Positions 40,381-49,910 of a stretch of 64,000 nucleotides of DNA are shown here, piece by piece. Each line of letters opens with the position of its first letter. Within the stretch, counting starts at the first letter, position 1. Source of the DNA: an uncultured Methylomirabilota bacterium (GTDB lineage: Bacteria; Methylomirabilota; Methylomirabilia; Methylomirabilales; 2-02-FULL-66-22). Where the stretch lies: positions 1,018,064 to 1,082,063 of the forward strand of contig CAWJSJ010000001.1 in assembly GCA_963845565.1 (NCBI GenBank), in the 5' to 3' direction. A program made the position numbers and the translations under genes. A model generated the notes under the pieces. That model did no database searches. It was not told where the DNA came from and saw nothing but the letters and a program-made list of their open reading frames with translations.

Positions 40381-41385
40381 TCAGGCAGCCAGGACCCGCG
40401 ACGAGTGCGCGGTCTCGGCCTGCCCAAGGGTATCGAAGAACCGGTCCACGGCGGCGCGCTGCTCGGCCACGGTGGGAATCTGGAAGACCCGGTGACGGAA
40501 GGCGGCGGAATCGGGAAGCCCCCGCGTGTACCAGCCGATGTGCTTTCGCGCCAGGCTCACGCCCGTCCGTTCCCCATAAAAGGCATACAGATCGTCGAGG
40601 TGGGCGAGAAGGACGCGACGGACCTCGGCTACGTCCGGACGGGCCAGCGTCTGGCCCGTGGTCAGGAAGTGTACAACCTCCCGGAAGATCCAGGGATTTC
40701 CCAGCGCCGCGCGGCCGATCATGAGGCCGTCGGCCCCGGTGGCGTCCAGCACCTCCCGCGCCTTGTCGGGCGCATCGACGTCCCCGTTCGCGATGACCGG
40801 GATCCGGACCGCCGCCTTGACCGCGGCGATGGTCTGGTATTCGGCCTGCCCGCCGAACATGCAGGCCCGCGTCCGGCCGTGGATCGCCAACGCACGGATA
40901 CCCACCGTCTCGGCGATCCGCGCGATCGCGAGCGCGTTACGATGACTCTGGTCCCAGCCCGTCCGGATCTTCAAGGTCACGGGCACCGGCACCGCGTTCA
41001 CGACGGCTGTGAGGATCCTTTCCACCAGCGTCTCGTCCTGGAGGAGGGCGGAGCCTGCCATGACGTTACACACCTTCTTGGCGGGACAGCCCATGTTGAT
41101 GTCGATGATCTGCGCCCCGGCATCCACGTTGTACCGGGCGGCTTCCGCCATCAGGGCGGGGTCCGCCCCGGCGATCTGGACCGAGACCGGTGCCTGCTCC
41201 CCCGCATGGTCGGCGCGCCGCCGGGTCTTCGCCGACCCGTACAGCAGCGAGTTGCTGGTCACCATCTCCGAGACGGCGAGCCCCGCCCCCATCGTCCGGC
41301 AGAGTTGCCGGAACGGCCGGTCGGTGACGCCGGCCATCGGAGCGAGGACCAGATTGTTCGCCAGCTGGTACGGTCCGATCTGCAT
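40381..41385 (-). CDS. dusB: tRNA-dihydrouridine synthase B
   Basis: LAPMAGVTD, DINMGCPAKKV..AGSAL, TLKIRTG, IHGRTR, ANGD, MIGR. Confidence 0.95.
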   Translation of the reverse strand: MQIGPYQLANNLVLAPMAGVTDRPFRQLCRTMGAGLAVSEMVTSNSLLYGSAKTRRRADHAGEQAPVSVQIAGADPALMAEAARYNVDAGAQIIDINMGCPAKKVCNVMAGSALLQDETLVERILTAVVNAVPVPVTLKIRTGWDQSHRNALAIARIAETVGIRALAIHGRTRACMFGGQAEYQTIAAVKAAVRIPVIANGDVDAPDKAREVLDATGADGLMIGRAALGNPWIFREVVHFLTTGQTLARPDVAEVRRVLLAHLDDLYAFYGERTGVSLARKHIGWYTRGLPDSAAFRHRVFQIPTVAEQRAAVDRFFDTLGQAETAHSSRVLAA

Positions 41386-41400
41386 CAAGCCACCGCCCGA

Positions 41401-41495
41401 AATGCGGAGCCCGGAACGCGGGATGACGATCGGATCTCCATATTCCGCACTCCGCAGTCCACGCTCCTCATTCCGCATTCCGAATTCCGCTTTCA
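41401..41495. repeat. Heptamer tandem repeat (ATTCCGC-type) with short inverted arm
   Basis: ATTCCGC ACTCCGC AGTCCAC GCTCCTC ATTCCGC ATTCCGA ATTCCGC (41442-41490); complementary AATGCGG..GGAACGCGG at 41401. Confidence 0.7.
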
Positions 41496-42563
41496 TCATT
41501 TCGCAGGGCACCGACAGCCGACGAACGCGTCCACCTTGCCGCGGATGACCGCCGTCGCCCCGGGGACGTTCAGGACGTCGCACTCGCTGCCCAGGATGAA
41601 CGGATGCCCGGCGTCCGCCATCCGGTGCAGGAGCTCGCAGGCTTGCCGCTCCACCTGCTCCCGCGAGATCACGGCGTCCGAGTAAAAGTGCTTCGACGGC
41701 AGGTTCCCGTAGAGCACGATGTCCTTCGGGACAATCCGGGCGTCCTCCCACAGCTTCCGGGAGCTCCCCAGGCTGAGAATCACCGGCCGCAGCGCCGTGA
41801 ACTGCCGCACCATGTAGTCGTTCAATTCCCCGCAGCAATGGAAGATCAGGTCCACGCCATGCTGGTCCAGCAGCGCCTTCACCTGCCGGTCCGCCGCCAT
41901 GGGGTAGCGCTCGAAAATGTCCGAGCCGTCTTCGATCTGCTTCGGCGACACGTAGACCACGTTGGCGGCCGGCTCGGCCATGAAGATTGCCTTGGCGCCC
42001 GCCTGGATCTGCGCCGCCACCGAATGGAGGACGATCAGCAAACTCAGTTCGAGGGCCCGCTCCGCCAGCGCGACGTCCGGATCGTCCGCCGCCGTCATCC
42101 CCGACCCTGCCAAATAGATGGGCGTGATCGGGTCCTTGAGTAATTTGGTCATGAGCGAGAACGGCCCGATGGTCATCCCGATCGGCAGGAGATCGGTGTG
42201 CCGGGCGATATAGCCTACCGACTCGATGTGCGCTTGAAGGGCCGGGTTCAGCGACCCACGGAGCCCTTCCCGCACGCGGGCGACCACCTCGGGACCCGGG
42301 TCCCCGCTGAAATGGTACAGGGGAATGTCGGGCGCGGGAACCCCCAGGATTTCCAGCAGCACCGCCTTCTCGAGTTGCAGGTCCATGTGCGCGAACGCCA
42401 GCGGCGTCCGGTATCGCCGAGCGGCTTCCGCCACCACCTTCCCGAGGGCGTGGCCATCCCGGATGATGGCGTCCGGATTGGGCTGCTCGTGCAGAACAAG
42501 GTCCGCACCGATGGGCATCCGCAGCCCCGTGCGTGCAAGGTCGAGATAGAACTGACGGTCCAT
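41496..42563 (-). CDS. Uroporphyrinogen decarboxylase superfamily protein (MtaA/CmuA-like)
   Basis: GPFSL, AQIQAGA..IFMAEP, IFHCCG, YGNL, FILGSECD. Confidence 0.8.
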   Translation of the reverse strand: MDRQFYLDLARTGLRMPIGADLVLHEQPNPDAIIRDGHALGKVVAEAARRYRTPLAFAHMDLQLEKAVLLEILGVPAPDIPLYHFSGDPGPEVVARVREGLRGSLNPALQAHIESVGYIARHTDLLPIGMTIGPFSLMTKLLKDPITPIYLAGSGMTAADDPDVALAERALELSLLIVLHSVAAQIQAGAKAIFMAEPAANVVYVSPKQIEDGSDIFERYPMAADRQVKALLDQHGVDLIFHCCGELNDYMVRQFTALRPVILSLGSSRKLWEDARIVPKDIVLYGNLPSKHFYSDAVISREQVERQACELLHRMADAGHPFILGSECDVLNVPGATAVIRGKVDAFVGCRCPAK

Positions 42564-42623
42564 GCGTTGGTCTCCCGAAAAGGCGTTGAACCCGAGGCCT
42601 GGTGGGCGTTGTAAGGTGCGGGA

Positions 42624-42652
42624 AGGCTACTGACCTGAGGCGTGCTTGTCAA
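42624..42652 (-). promoter_or_regulatory. Putative sigma70 promoter
   Basis: Minus TTGACA-N17-TAGCCT upstream of the URO-D family gene. Confidence 0.55.
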
Positions 42653-42793
42653 GGTATACGCGCGGTTTAGCCGCCGATGGGGTACCGGCTGGACACGTAC
42701 GCCGCCTCGAACATGCGGAAGGAACACGCTGTATAAGGAGTCCCAGGGTGCGGAGCGACGAGAGGGCATGCGCGTCCCGTCGTTCTGATGCGA

Positions 42794-43726
42794 TCACATA
42801 TCGAGCGACACCACGGCCATAGGATCCGGATCGCTCCGCGTCGCAATCGAGCGGAGGACGGCGCCTGCCACGGTGTCCACCAGATAGACGCGCTGGTCGT
42901 GACAGCTGAGTAGGGCCGTACGGCTTGCGGGGTGATACCCCACCGAGATCGCCTTGGCCGGGAGCGGCACCACCTGCTGCCGGGCGGGATCGTTCAGGTC
43001 CACGATCAACAACCCGCAGCCGTGGTATAACGCCACCAGCAGCCGGTCTTTGTCGCGACAGACCCGCACCGGACCGGGCGGCGTGCGAACTGACCGGAGC
43101 ACCCGTAGCTGCCGAACGTCAATGATCGTGATCTCCGCACTCTCGCGGTTCATGACGTACAGGTGCCGCTCCTCGGCATCGAGGACCGAGCCTTCGGCGT
43201 GCTTCCCGACCGGGAGCACCACCCCCGGGCGGTCCGGCGCGTCGGGAAACAGCGCCGTCACGGTGCCCGACTCCATGTTGCTGGAGAAGGCCACCGAACC
43301 GTCCCGGAGCACCGTGACCATGTGCGAGCCGTGCCCCAGCGTGGGCAGCGCCTGGTCGAACCGGCCCGAGGCCGGGTCGCGGACCACCAGCAGACGGCTC
43401 GACCCCTCGCACAGCACGTACAGCGTGCCCCGACCGTCCAGGGCGACATCGTGCGGCCGTCGGTACTCCCCGCATTGCACCGACCCGATCCGTCGGCGTC
43501 CGGCAACGTCCACGATGGATACGGTGCTCCCGCCGTCGCCGGGATGTTCGGCCAGTGCCACACCGAAACCGGCCAGATACGCCGTGCGCTTGTCCGCGCT
43601 CAGCGTGAACTCGTGGGGGAAAGGATCGACCGCGACCCGACCCAGCTCCAGCCCCGTCTCGAAATCGTAATACCCCAGCGAATGGTCGCCCTTCTGGACG
43701 ACGACCATGACCTCGCGTAGAGCCAT
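42794..43726 (-). CDS. YncE-like beta-propeller protein (no signal peptide)
   Basis: Repeated PH..../LYV/VSIVD blades; GGAGGAG RBS before ATG 43726. Confidence 0.8.
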   Translation of the reverse strand: MALREVMVVVQKGDHSLGYYDFETGLELGRVAVDPFPHEFTLSADKRTAYLAGFGVALAEHPGDGGSTVSIVDVAGRRRIGSVQCGEYRRPHDVALDGRGTLYVLCEGSSRLLVVRDPASGRFDQALPTLGHGSHMVTVLRDGSVAFSSNMESGTVTALFPDAPDRPGVVLPVGKHAEGSVLDAEERHLYVMNRESAEITIIDVRQLRVLRSVRTPPGPVRVCRDKDRLLVALYHGCGLLIVDLNDPARQQVVPLPAKAISVGYHPASRTALLSCHDQRVYLVDTVAGAVLRSIATRSDPDPMAVVSLDM

Positions 43727-43800
43727 TCGCTCTCCTCCGTCATGCCTCGGGAAACCTCCAGCGGGCCGGCCCTCAGTTGCCGGCCCGCTGGAGAAGCGGC

Positions 43801-43954
43801 CTACCAGGCTGCTCAAAAAGGCCCAGATGCAAGGCGGTTCGCGACGGGCCGAGTGAGGCGTACTTCGGGGTACGCCGCAGCGAGCGCCCGAGCAAGCGGG
43901 GTACCCAGCCACAGGCTGGGTCACCGCAGATGGGCCTTTTTCAGCAGCCGGCTA
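43801..43954. repeat. MITE-like repeat family B, copy 2
   Basis: CTA-CCAGGCTGCTCAAAAAGG...CCTTTTTCAGCAGCCGG-CTA; the last CTA is the dctP stop codon. Confidence 0.85.
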
Positions 43955-44930
43955 CATCCCGCGGATCGCCTCGATGATCTTCTTGGCCCGCTCGCCAAAC
44001 TTCGCGTAAAACACGTCGTACGCGGGCGCAGTGGCCGTCCGGAACGCGTTGCGGTCGGGCATGGTCACCTGCATCCCCTTCGCCTTCATGTCCTCCAGAA
44101 GCTGCTTGTCCAGATTGGCGACCATGTCCAACTGGAAATTGCTGGCTTCCTGGATGGACTCCGTCACCGCCTTGCGGAGATCGGCGGACAGGCCGGACCA
44201 GAACTTCTCCGACATCAAGATGTACGCGCTGTTGTAGATGTGGCCGGTGATCGCAAGGTGCTTCTGTACCTCGTAGAATTTCCCGTTCCAGATGTTCTGC
44301 AGCGGATTCTCCTGACCGTCTACAACCCCCTGGGCGAGGGCGTTGTACAATTCGCTGAAGGCCATCGGCGTCGCCACGGCGCCCAACGCCTTGAAGGTCT
44401 CGATCTGCGCCAGATTCTCCGGCGTCCGAATCTTCAACCCCTTCACGTCGGCCGGCGCGTTGATGGCCCGCTTGCTGTTGGTGATGTTCCGGAATCCGTT
44501 CTCGTAGAACCCGATGTACCGGATCCCCTTCTTCAGCAGGGTCTCTCCGAGCTCCGCCACGATCGGGCTCGCCATGACCTTCTTGATGTGATCCCGGTCC
44601 CGGTACAGGAACGGGGCCTCCAGCAGGGCGTAGAGCGGCTCGTAGATCACCGTGATGCCGCTCACGCTCATCTCCAGCGTGCCCAGCGCGACCATCTCCT
44701 GCATCTCGCGCTCCCCGCCCAGTTGGCTGCTCGGGTAGATCTCCACCTTGAGTTGGCCGCCGGACCGCTTCTCGATCAACTCCTTGAACTTTTCCGTGGC
44801 CTTCACGAACGAGTGGGTCGGCGCATGCCCGATACCGAACTTGATCGTGCTCTGTCCCGCCTCACCCGGCGCCGCCAGCGCCAGCGCCACCGCGATCACG
44901 ACCAGACTGACCCCCCAACATCCGCTTCAT
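43952..44930 (-). CDS. dctP: TRAP substrate-binding protein DctP; signal peptide out of frame at a G6 run
   Basis: IYPSSQLGGE, YENGFR, GLKIR, ELYNALAQGVVDGQEN. The ATG at 44930 with GGAGGAGG RBS joins the body only if G6 (44911-44916) is G5. Confidence 0.9.
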
Positions 44931-45011
44931 GACCTCCTCCTTTTCCGGAGCCGCAATCGCGGCTCCCGCCTGCCCGAGTTCCCTGCGCCGCCGTCTTGCG
45001 TCCGTCTTCCA

Positions 45012-45195
45012 CTATCAGGCTTCTGAAATATTCGTCAAGCTCAGGCTGCTCAAAAAGGTCCAGATGCAAGGCGGCACGCCGGAGGCCGGGGTACCCACCC
45101 TAGGTGGGTCCAGACGTACTGGAAGTACGTCGCAGCGAGTGCCGAGGCGGGTCAACGCCGCAGATGGGCCTTTTTCAGCAGCCGGCAGCCCGCTA
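45012..45195. repeat. MITE-like repeat family B, copy 3
   Basis: CTA-TCAGGCTTCTGAAATA...CAGGCTGCTCAAAAAGG...CCTTTTTCAGCAGCCGG...CTA; the last CTA is the dctM stop codon. Confidence 0.85.
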
Positions 45196-46477
45196 TCGGA
45201 CAGGCATGAGCCACCGAGGCACCGCCAGCACCAGTTCCGGAAAATAGGTGATCAGAAACAACACCGCAATCAGTGGAATGATCTGCGGAATGACCTCCCG
45301 CATCAGCCTCTCGAGCTTGATCTCGGCCGCCTGGCTGACCACGAAGAGGCACATGCCGACGGGAGGGGTGGCCACGCCGATCATCAGGTTCAGGACCATC
45401 ACCACTCCGAAATGCACCAGGTCCACCTGGAGCGCCGTCATGATGGGCACCAGCAGCGGAGTGAGGAGGATCAGGAGCACCCCGGCCTCCATCAGACACC
45501 CCAGGATCAGCAAGGCAACGTTGACGATCAGGAGAACCACCGCGGGGCTGCTGGTGACCGAGGTGACGAACTCCACCAGGAATTGGCCGATTTTCCCCAC
45601 GATGAGCAGCCAGGAGAAGCCCGAGGTGGTGGAGATGATGAACGTCACGACGGCCGTGGTCACCAGGGTGTGAACCATGATATTCGGGATGTCCTTGAGC
45701 CGTACGGTGCGGTACACGAAGTAGCTCAGGATGAACGCATACACAGCGGCGACGGCGGCTGCCTCGGTCGGCGTGAAGATCCCGCTGACGATGCCTCCGA
45801 GCAGGATCACCGGCGTCAAGAGTGCCAGGAATGCGGCCCGGAACGTCGTCCAGATCGCGCTGCAGGCTGTAGCGGTCGTCCTTGGGCATGAACTCGCGAA
45901 AGCTCCAGAGGTAGATCAGGACCATGAGAGCCAGCCCCATGAGCACGCCCGGCACGACCCCTCCCAGAAAGAGCCGTCCGACGGACACCTCGGCCATGGC
46001 CCCATAGATCACCATCGGGATGCTGGGAGGGATGATCGGTCCGATGGTGGCCGAGGACACCGTCACCGCCGCGGCATACTCCTTCCGATACCCTTGGTCG
46101 GTCATGGCCTTGATCTCGACCATACCGAGACCGCCCGCGTCTGCCACGGCGGATCCGGACATCCCAGCGAAGATCATGCTCGCGAGAACGTTGGCATGGG
46201 CCAGGCCGCCGCGAATGGGACCCACCAGGGCGCGCGCGAAGTCGAAGAGGCGATCGGTGATCCCGCCCTCGTTCATCAGGCGACCCGTCAGCATGAAGAA
46301 CGGAATCGAGATCAGCACGAAGGAATCGACGCCGGTGATCATGCGCTGCGCGATCCCGATCAACGGGAAAGGGGAAAAGAAGCAGACCGCAATGAAGACC
46401 GCCACCCCCAGCCCCACCGCCACGGGCACGCTCGCCACGGCCAGGACGACAAAACTGACGACCATGGCGGTGATCAT
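45193..46477 (-). CDS. dctM: TRAP large permease DctM, frameshift near 45820-45870
   Basis: SIPFF, FAGMSGSAVAD, IIPPSIP; then TPTEAA, VHFG, TPPVG in a second frame. Confidence 0.85.
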
Positions 46478-46980
46478 CGCGCCTTCCCTCCGACACCCAG
46501 CGCCCGCAGGGCCGCCAGATCCACGGCCACGAACGCCACCCCATGGATCAGCATGACCGCCGCGCTCACCGGAAGGGGCAGGTACAGCCAGAGCTGCGAA
46601 AACCCCAGCGCCGGGAAGAAGGTGTCGTAGACCCGTTGCGTCATCTCGACACCCTTCACGAGCAGGAACGCGAAAAACGCGGTGCAGAGCAGCGACACGC
46701 CAAACCGGAGCAGCGCACCGCCGACGGGTCCGCACTTCTCCAGGAAGAAGACGAACCGAATGTGGGAGCTGCGCTTCACCCCGAGCGCGGCCCCCAGGAA
46801 GCACGACCAGACGAACCCCAGCCGGGCCACCTCCACCGACGTGACGAGCGGCGCGCGGAACACGTAACGCATGAGCACTTCGAAGAACACGACCAGGACC
46901 GTGGCGATCCCCACCGGTACGGCGATCAGCCGCGTGATCTTGTCGGTCCAGTCGCTGATTTGCCGGAGGAGTTCACTCAC
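46474..46980 (-). CDS. dctQ: TRAP small permease DctQ
   Basis: EVLMRYVF..P...EVARLGFVWSCFLGA...HIR; GTG overlaps the regulator stop. Confidence 0.88.
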   Translation of the reverse strand: MSELLRQISDWTDKITRLIAVPVGIATVLVVFFEVLMRYVFRAPLVTSVEVARLGFVWSCFLGAALGVKRSSHIRFVFFLEKCGPVGGALLRFGVSLLCTAFFAFLLVKGVEMTQRVYDTFFPALGFSQLWLYLPLPVSAAVMLIHGVAFVAVDLAALRALGVGGKAR

Positions 46981-47786
46981 GGTCGTTCTCCCGACGGGGG
47001 TGCCACCCACCCCTTTTCTCGGTTCAGGCTCTCCTTCCAGCCGTCGTAACTCTGGAACACGGCCGTGCGAAGGCGAACCGGATCGCCCGAGCAAAACGCC
47101 TCGAAAATGCGTCGGTGATCCTGGACGGCACGGGATGCGATGTGCTTCATGGACACGCTGATGGAGGGTCTGAAAAGCTGGAAGATGGTCTCGCCGATGC
47201 GGGTGACGAGGGGATTTCTGGTGGCCTGGAGGATGGCGAGGTGAAAGGCGATATCGTCGTCCGCCGCCGGCGATCCCGACCGGACGGATCGCTCCAGCCG
47301 CTCCAAGGCCTGGCGGATGCGGTCCCGGTCTTCGTCCGTCGCGCGCTCCATCGCCATCACCGAGAACGCGGGCTCGAACATCAGGCGGAGCTCCACCAGA
47401 TCGTCGGGGTAGCCGGCCTCCATGATGAGCTGGAACACCAACGGGCTGATGGTGTCCGGTCCTGGATGCCGGCGGACGCGCGTCCCCTGGCCGCGGTGCA
47501 CTTCCACCACACCCATGGCCTGCAGCATCTTCACGGCCTCTCGGACGCTGGACTTGCTGACGCCAAACGTCTTCGTGAGCTCGGTTTCGGACGGCAGGTA
47601 GTCGCCCGGCCTCAGCGTTTTGCGGAGCAACGCCTCCTTGATCCGCGTCAGGACGACCGAGACGACGGAATCCTTGCCCAGGGGAACCCCCAGCGACCTG
47701 GCGACCTGGCGCGCCCGTGCGCGCCCGAGCGATGCGCCCCGCTGCGTGGTTTTCGCCCGGCCCACTGTCGACGCCGCCCGCTCCAT
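46977..47786 (-). CDS. GntR/FadR-family transcriptional regulator
   Basis: LRPGDYLPSE.EL..FGVSKSSVREA HTH; FCD domain DIAFHLAI..ATRN. Confidence 0.92.
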   Translation of the reverse strand: MERAASTVGRAKTTQRGASLGRARARQVARSLGVPLGKDSVVSVVLTRIKEALLRKTLRPGDYLPSETELTKTFGVSKSSVREAVKMLQAMGVVEVHRGQGTRVRRHPGPDTISPLVFQLIMEAGYPDDLVELRLMFEPAFSVMAMERATDEDRDRIRQALERLERSVRSGSPAADDDIAFHLAILQATRNPLVTRIGETIFQLFRPSISVSMKHIASRAVQDHRRIFEAFCSGDPVRLRTAVFQSYDGWKESLNREKGWVAPPSGERP

Positions 47787-47806
47787 GGTATCCGCCTGTC
47801 GCACGA

Positions 47807-47856
47807 GACATCTGACATCTGATGTCTTCATAGTCCACAGGGAGCCCACGTGTCAA
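47807..47856 (-). promoter_or_regulatory. FadR-type operator overlapping a putative promoter
   Basis: Palindrome GACATC-T-GATGTC (47814-47826) plus an extra GACATCT; minus TTGACA at 47856-47851. Confidence 0.6.
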
Positions 47857-48052
47857 TTGGAAATGCGCCGCCTTTCCAGAGAGTGCCCCGACAGAATACG
47901 TAGGCAGCGTCGGCGCTTAGAAGATGGATTAAGCGGAAGTCCAAGGCGCGCACGCCAATCAAACCCTACGCGCCCCCGACACGCGACAGGTCCCTTGCGC
48001 AGTGAGGTCAGAGACCGGCCGGGCAGCCGGTCTCCGCCGCCGCCGGTCGGTC

Positions 48053-48415
48053 CTACAGGTTCAGGACGGCGCGCAGCGCCGTATCGACCTCGGCCATGCG
48101 GGCGGACGAGAGCTGACCGACCGGCGTAATGAGGCCGGTGCGGGGATCCCGGAAGCGCGTCGGATCGAGCGCCCGGAGCTGGAAGCAGAGGAAGACCGTT
48201 TCTTTCCGCAGGCCACTCTCGCGGGCCGGCACCCGGATGTTCGTGGGGTAGTCGCGGGAGACGTGGGTCGCATCCGTGCCCGCCACGACGGTGACGACCA
48301 GCGGTTGACGGTTGATAGCATCGGCGGAGACGACGAGGACGGGGCGCACCCCCTTCTGCTCGCGGCCATGGACGGGGTCGAGGTTGACGAGATAGATCTG
48401 GCCGCGGCTAATCAT
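48053..48415 (-). CDS. mazF: PemK/MazF-family toxin
   Basis: RGQIYLVNLDPVHGREQKGVRPVLVVS, QLRALD. Confidence 0.92.
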   Translation of the reverse strand: MISRGQIYLVNLDPVHGREQKGVRPVLVVSADAINRQPLVVTVVAGTDATHVSRDYPTNIRVPARESGLRKETVFLCFQLRALDPTRFRDPRTGLITPVGQLSSARMAEVDTALRAVLNL

Positions 48416-48731
48416 GCGGAAGGCCGTCCGCCTCGGTCGGGCGGAAGGCCGCCAGGAGATCAGCGGAGGCGCGCGTGATCGCGGGGTCCGCCGCCATGGC
48501 CGCCATGGCCGCCTCAAAGGTCTGGCGCTTGCGGGTGGCCGTGTACTCCTGCAGTGCGGTTGTGACCAGCCGGTTGAGATTGGTCTGCAACTCGGCGGGG
48601 GCCACCGCCGTGGCCGCAGTGACGATGTGGCGGGGGAGGGCAAAGCTCCGGCGGACGATCCGGGTGGCCGCGGGCGCCACGCCCTGTGGCGGTCTTGTCT
48701 TGGTTACGGTTCTGCGCGTGGTTACACTCAT
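48408..48731 (-). CDS. Cognate antitoxin (RHH-like)
   Basis: RRSFALP...NLNRLVTTALQEY...MAAMAADP...TEADGL; AGGAGG RBS; overlaps the toxin start. Confidence 0.8.
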   Translation of the reverse strand: MSVTTRRTVTKTRPPQGVAPAATRIVRRSFALPRHIVTAATAVAPAELQTNLNRLVTTALQEYTATRKRQTFEAAMAAMAADPAITRASADLLAAFRPTEADGLPHD

Positions 48732-48890
48732 GTAGCACCTCCTGGGTGCGTTTAGTGTAACGCCAGTGTCGCGCACCGGCAAGGGGAAACCGGATCTCCC
48801 GACCCGCGAGCGGCTCTCTGCCTCCGCGACGATACCGGGGCGCGGGACGGAGTTGCCGGCTCCCGCTGAGGAGTAGCGGGCTTGCGTCAA

Positions 48891-48953
48891 GATACGACTC
48901 TTTATGCCGTTCCCGGAATTCCTCCGGTCAAGTCATTCTTTGCCAACGGCTTA
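48891..48953. repeat. MITE-like repeat family A, partial copy 4 (module 1 only)
   Basis: TTATGCCGTTCCCGGAAT...ATTCTTTGCCAACGGCTTA; terminal TTA is the sulfur-carrier stop codon. Confidence 0.8.
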
Positions 48954-49229
48954 CCGGCCGCCGGCCATGGCGGGGACGATCGAGATCTCGTCCCCCGCCT
49001 TGAGGGGCGTCTGTAATCCCTGCAGAAATCGAATGTCTTCTTCGTTCACGTAGACGTTGAGGAACCGCCGGACCGTCCCGTCGTCCTCGCACAGCCGCCC
49101 CTTGATTCCGGCGTACGCGCGGTCCAGCCCATCAAAGGCCTCCTCCACCGTCGCCGCCTCGATCCGATGCTCGCCCCGTCCGTTCGTGATCGCTCGGAGC
49201 GGTGTCGGAATCCGCACCACCACGTTCAT
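48951..49229 (-). CDS. MoaD/ThiS/CysO-family sulfur carrier protein ending GG-R
   Basis: VRIPTPLR, NVYVNEEDIRFLQGLQTPL..GDEISIVPAMAGGR. Confidence 0.93.
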   Translation of the reverse strand: MNVVVRIPTPLRAITNGRGEHRIEAATVEEAFDGLDRAYAGIKGRLCEDDGTVRRFLNVYVNEEDIRFLQGLQTPLKAGDEISIVPAMAGGR

Positions 49230-49280
49230 GATCGTCCCGTCCTCCGTCCGCGATGGCCCACTCACCAGGGCCCGCATTGT

Positions 49281-49781
49281 TCAGTGCTCCCGGGGCCCGC
49301 CGAGCAACGTTTCCAGTCGTTGCCGCAGCGGCCGGTCACCGATCTGCCCGGCCGTCTCCGCGAGGCGCCGGTGATGACTATCCCCCCCGACGAACGACCG
49401 CGCGGTCTCTTCCGGCAACTCGGCCTCGAGGGTCTGGAGGATGCGGCGGCTCAAGACGTTGAGGTCGGAGGACTCGAGCCGGATCGCCACCTCCAGCGCG
49501 CGGCCCAGGCCGTCCGCCGCCAGCGCCTGCTGCTCGCACCGTTCCACGGTCTCGACCAGCGCCCACAGCCGGGGGCCGATCTCGCCACACTCCGGCCCGG
49601 CCGCTACCAACTCCCGCACCATCTTCAGGATCCCGGCGTGGCCGTACTCGTCCCGGGCGAGGTCCCACCAGCACCTGGCCGCCACCGGGTCGTCCCGGAA
49701 CGCGCGGAAGAACCGGAAGTAGATCCGCGCCACCCGCTCCTTCAGCGCAACCAGCAAGCTGAGTGCGTCCTGCGTCTGCAC
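49281..49781 (-). CDS. Hypothetical ferritin/rubrerythrin-like protein
   Basis: Helical; LARDEYGH (ExxH), AIRLE, late HHRRL; GTG start after GGAGGGG. Confidence 0.6.
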   Translation of the reverse strand: MQTQDALSLLVALKERVARIYFRFFRAFRDDPVAARCWWDLARDEYGHAGILKMVRELVAAGPECGEIGPRLWALVETVERCEQQALAADGLGRALEVAIRLESSDLNVLSRRILQTLEAELPEETARSFVGGDSHHRRLAETAGQIGDRPLRQRLETLLGGPREH

Positions 49782-49910
49782 GCCCCCTCCCCCGGGTCCT
49801 CGTCATTTCTCCGGGCGCCCCCTGAGGACACGCGCCCGCGCCGGTGACTTCCCCCATCCAGACCCCGTCTCGACGACCCGGTCCGGTCGTGGGCCCGTAG
49901 GCGCCGTCGG

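Noticed and set aside
44911..44916. G6 run in the dctP signal sequence as a phase-variation switch
   Set aside because: The run is short and the window has many other single-base indels; homopolymer sequencing error is more likely.
47899..47970. CGTAGG...CCTACG as a REP/REPIN pair next to mazF
   Set aside because: Only 6 bp of complementarity and no second copy in the window.
370..48953. Palindromic repeats as a possible CRISPR array
   Set aside because: Copies are dispersed kilobases apart, with no repeat-spacer periodicity and no cas genes.
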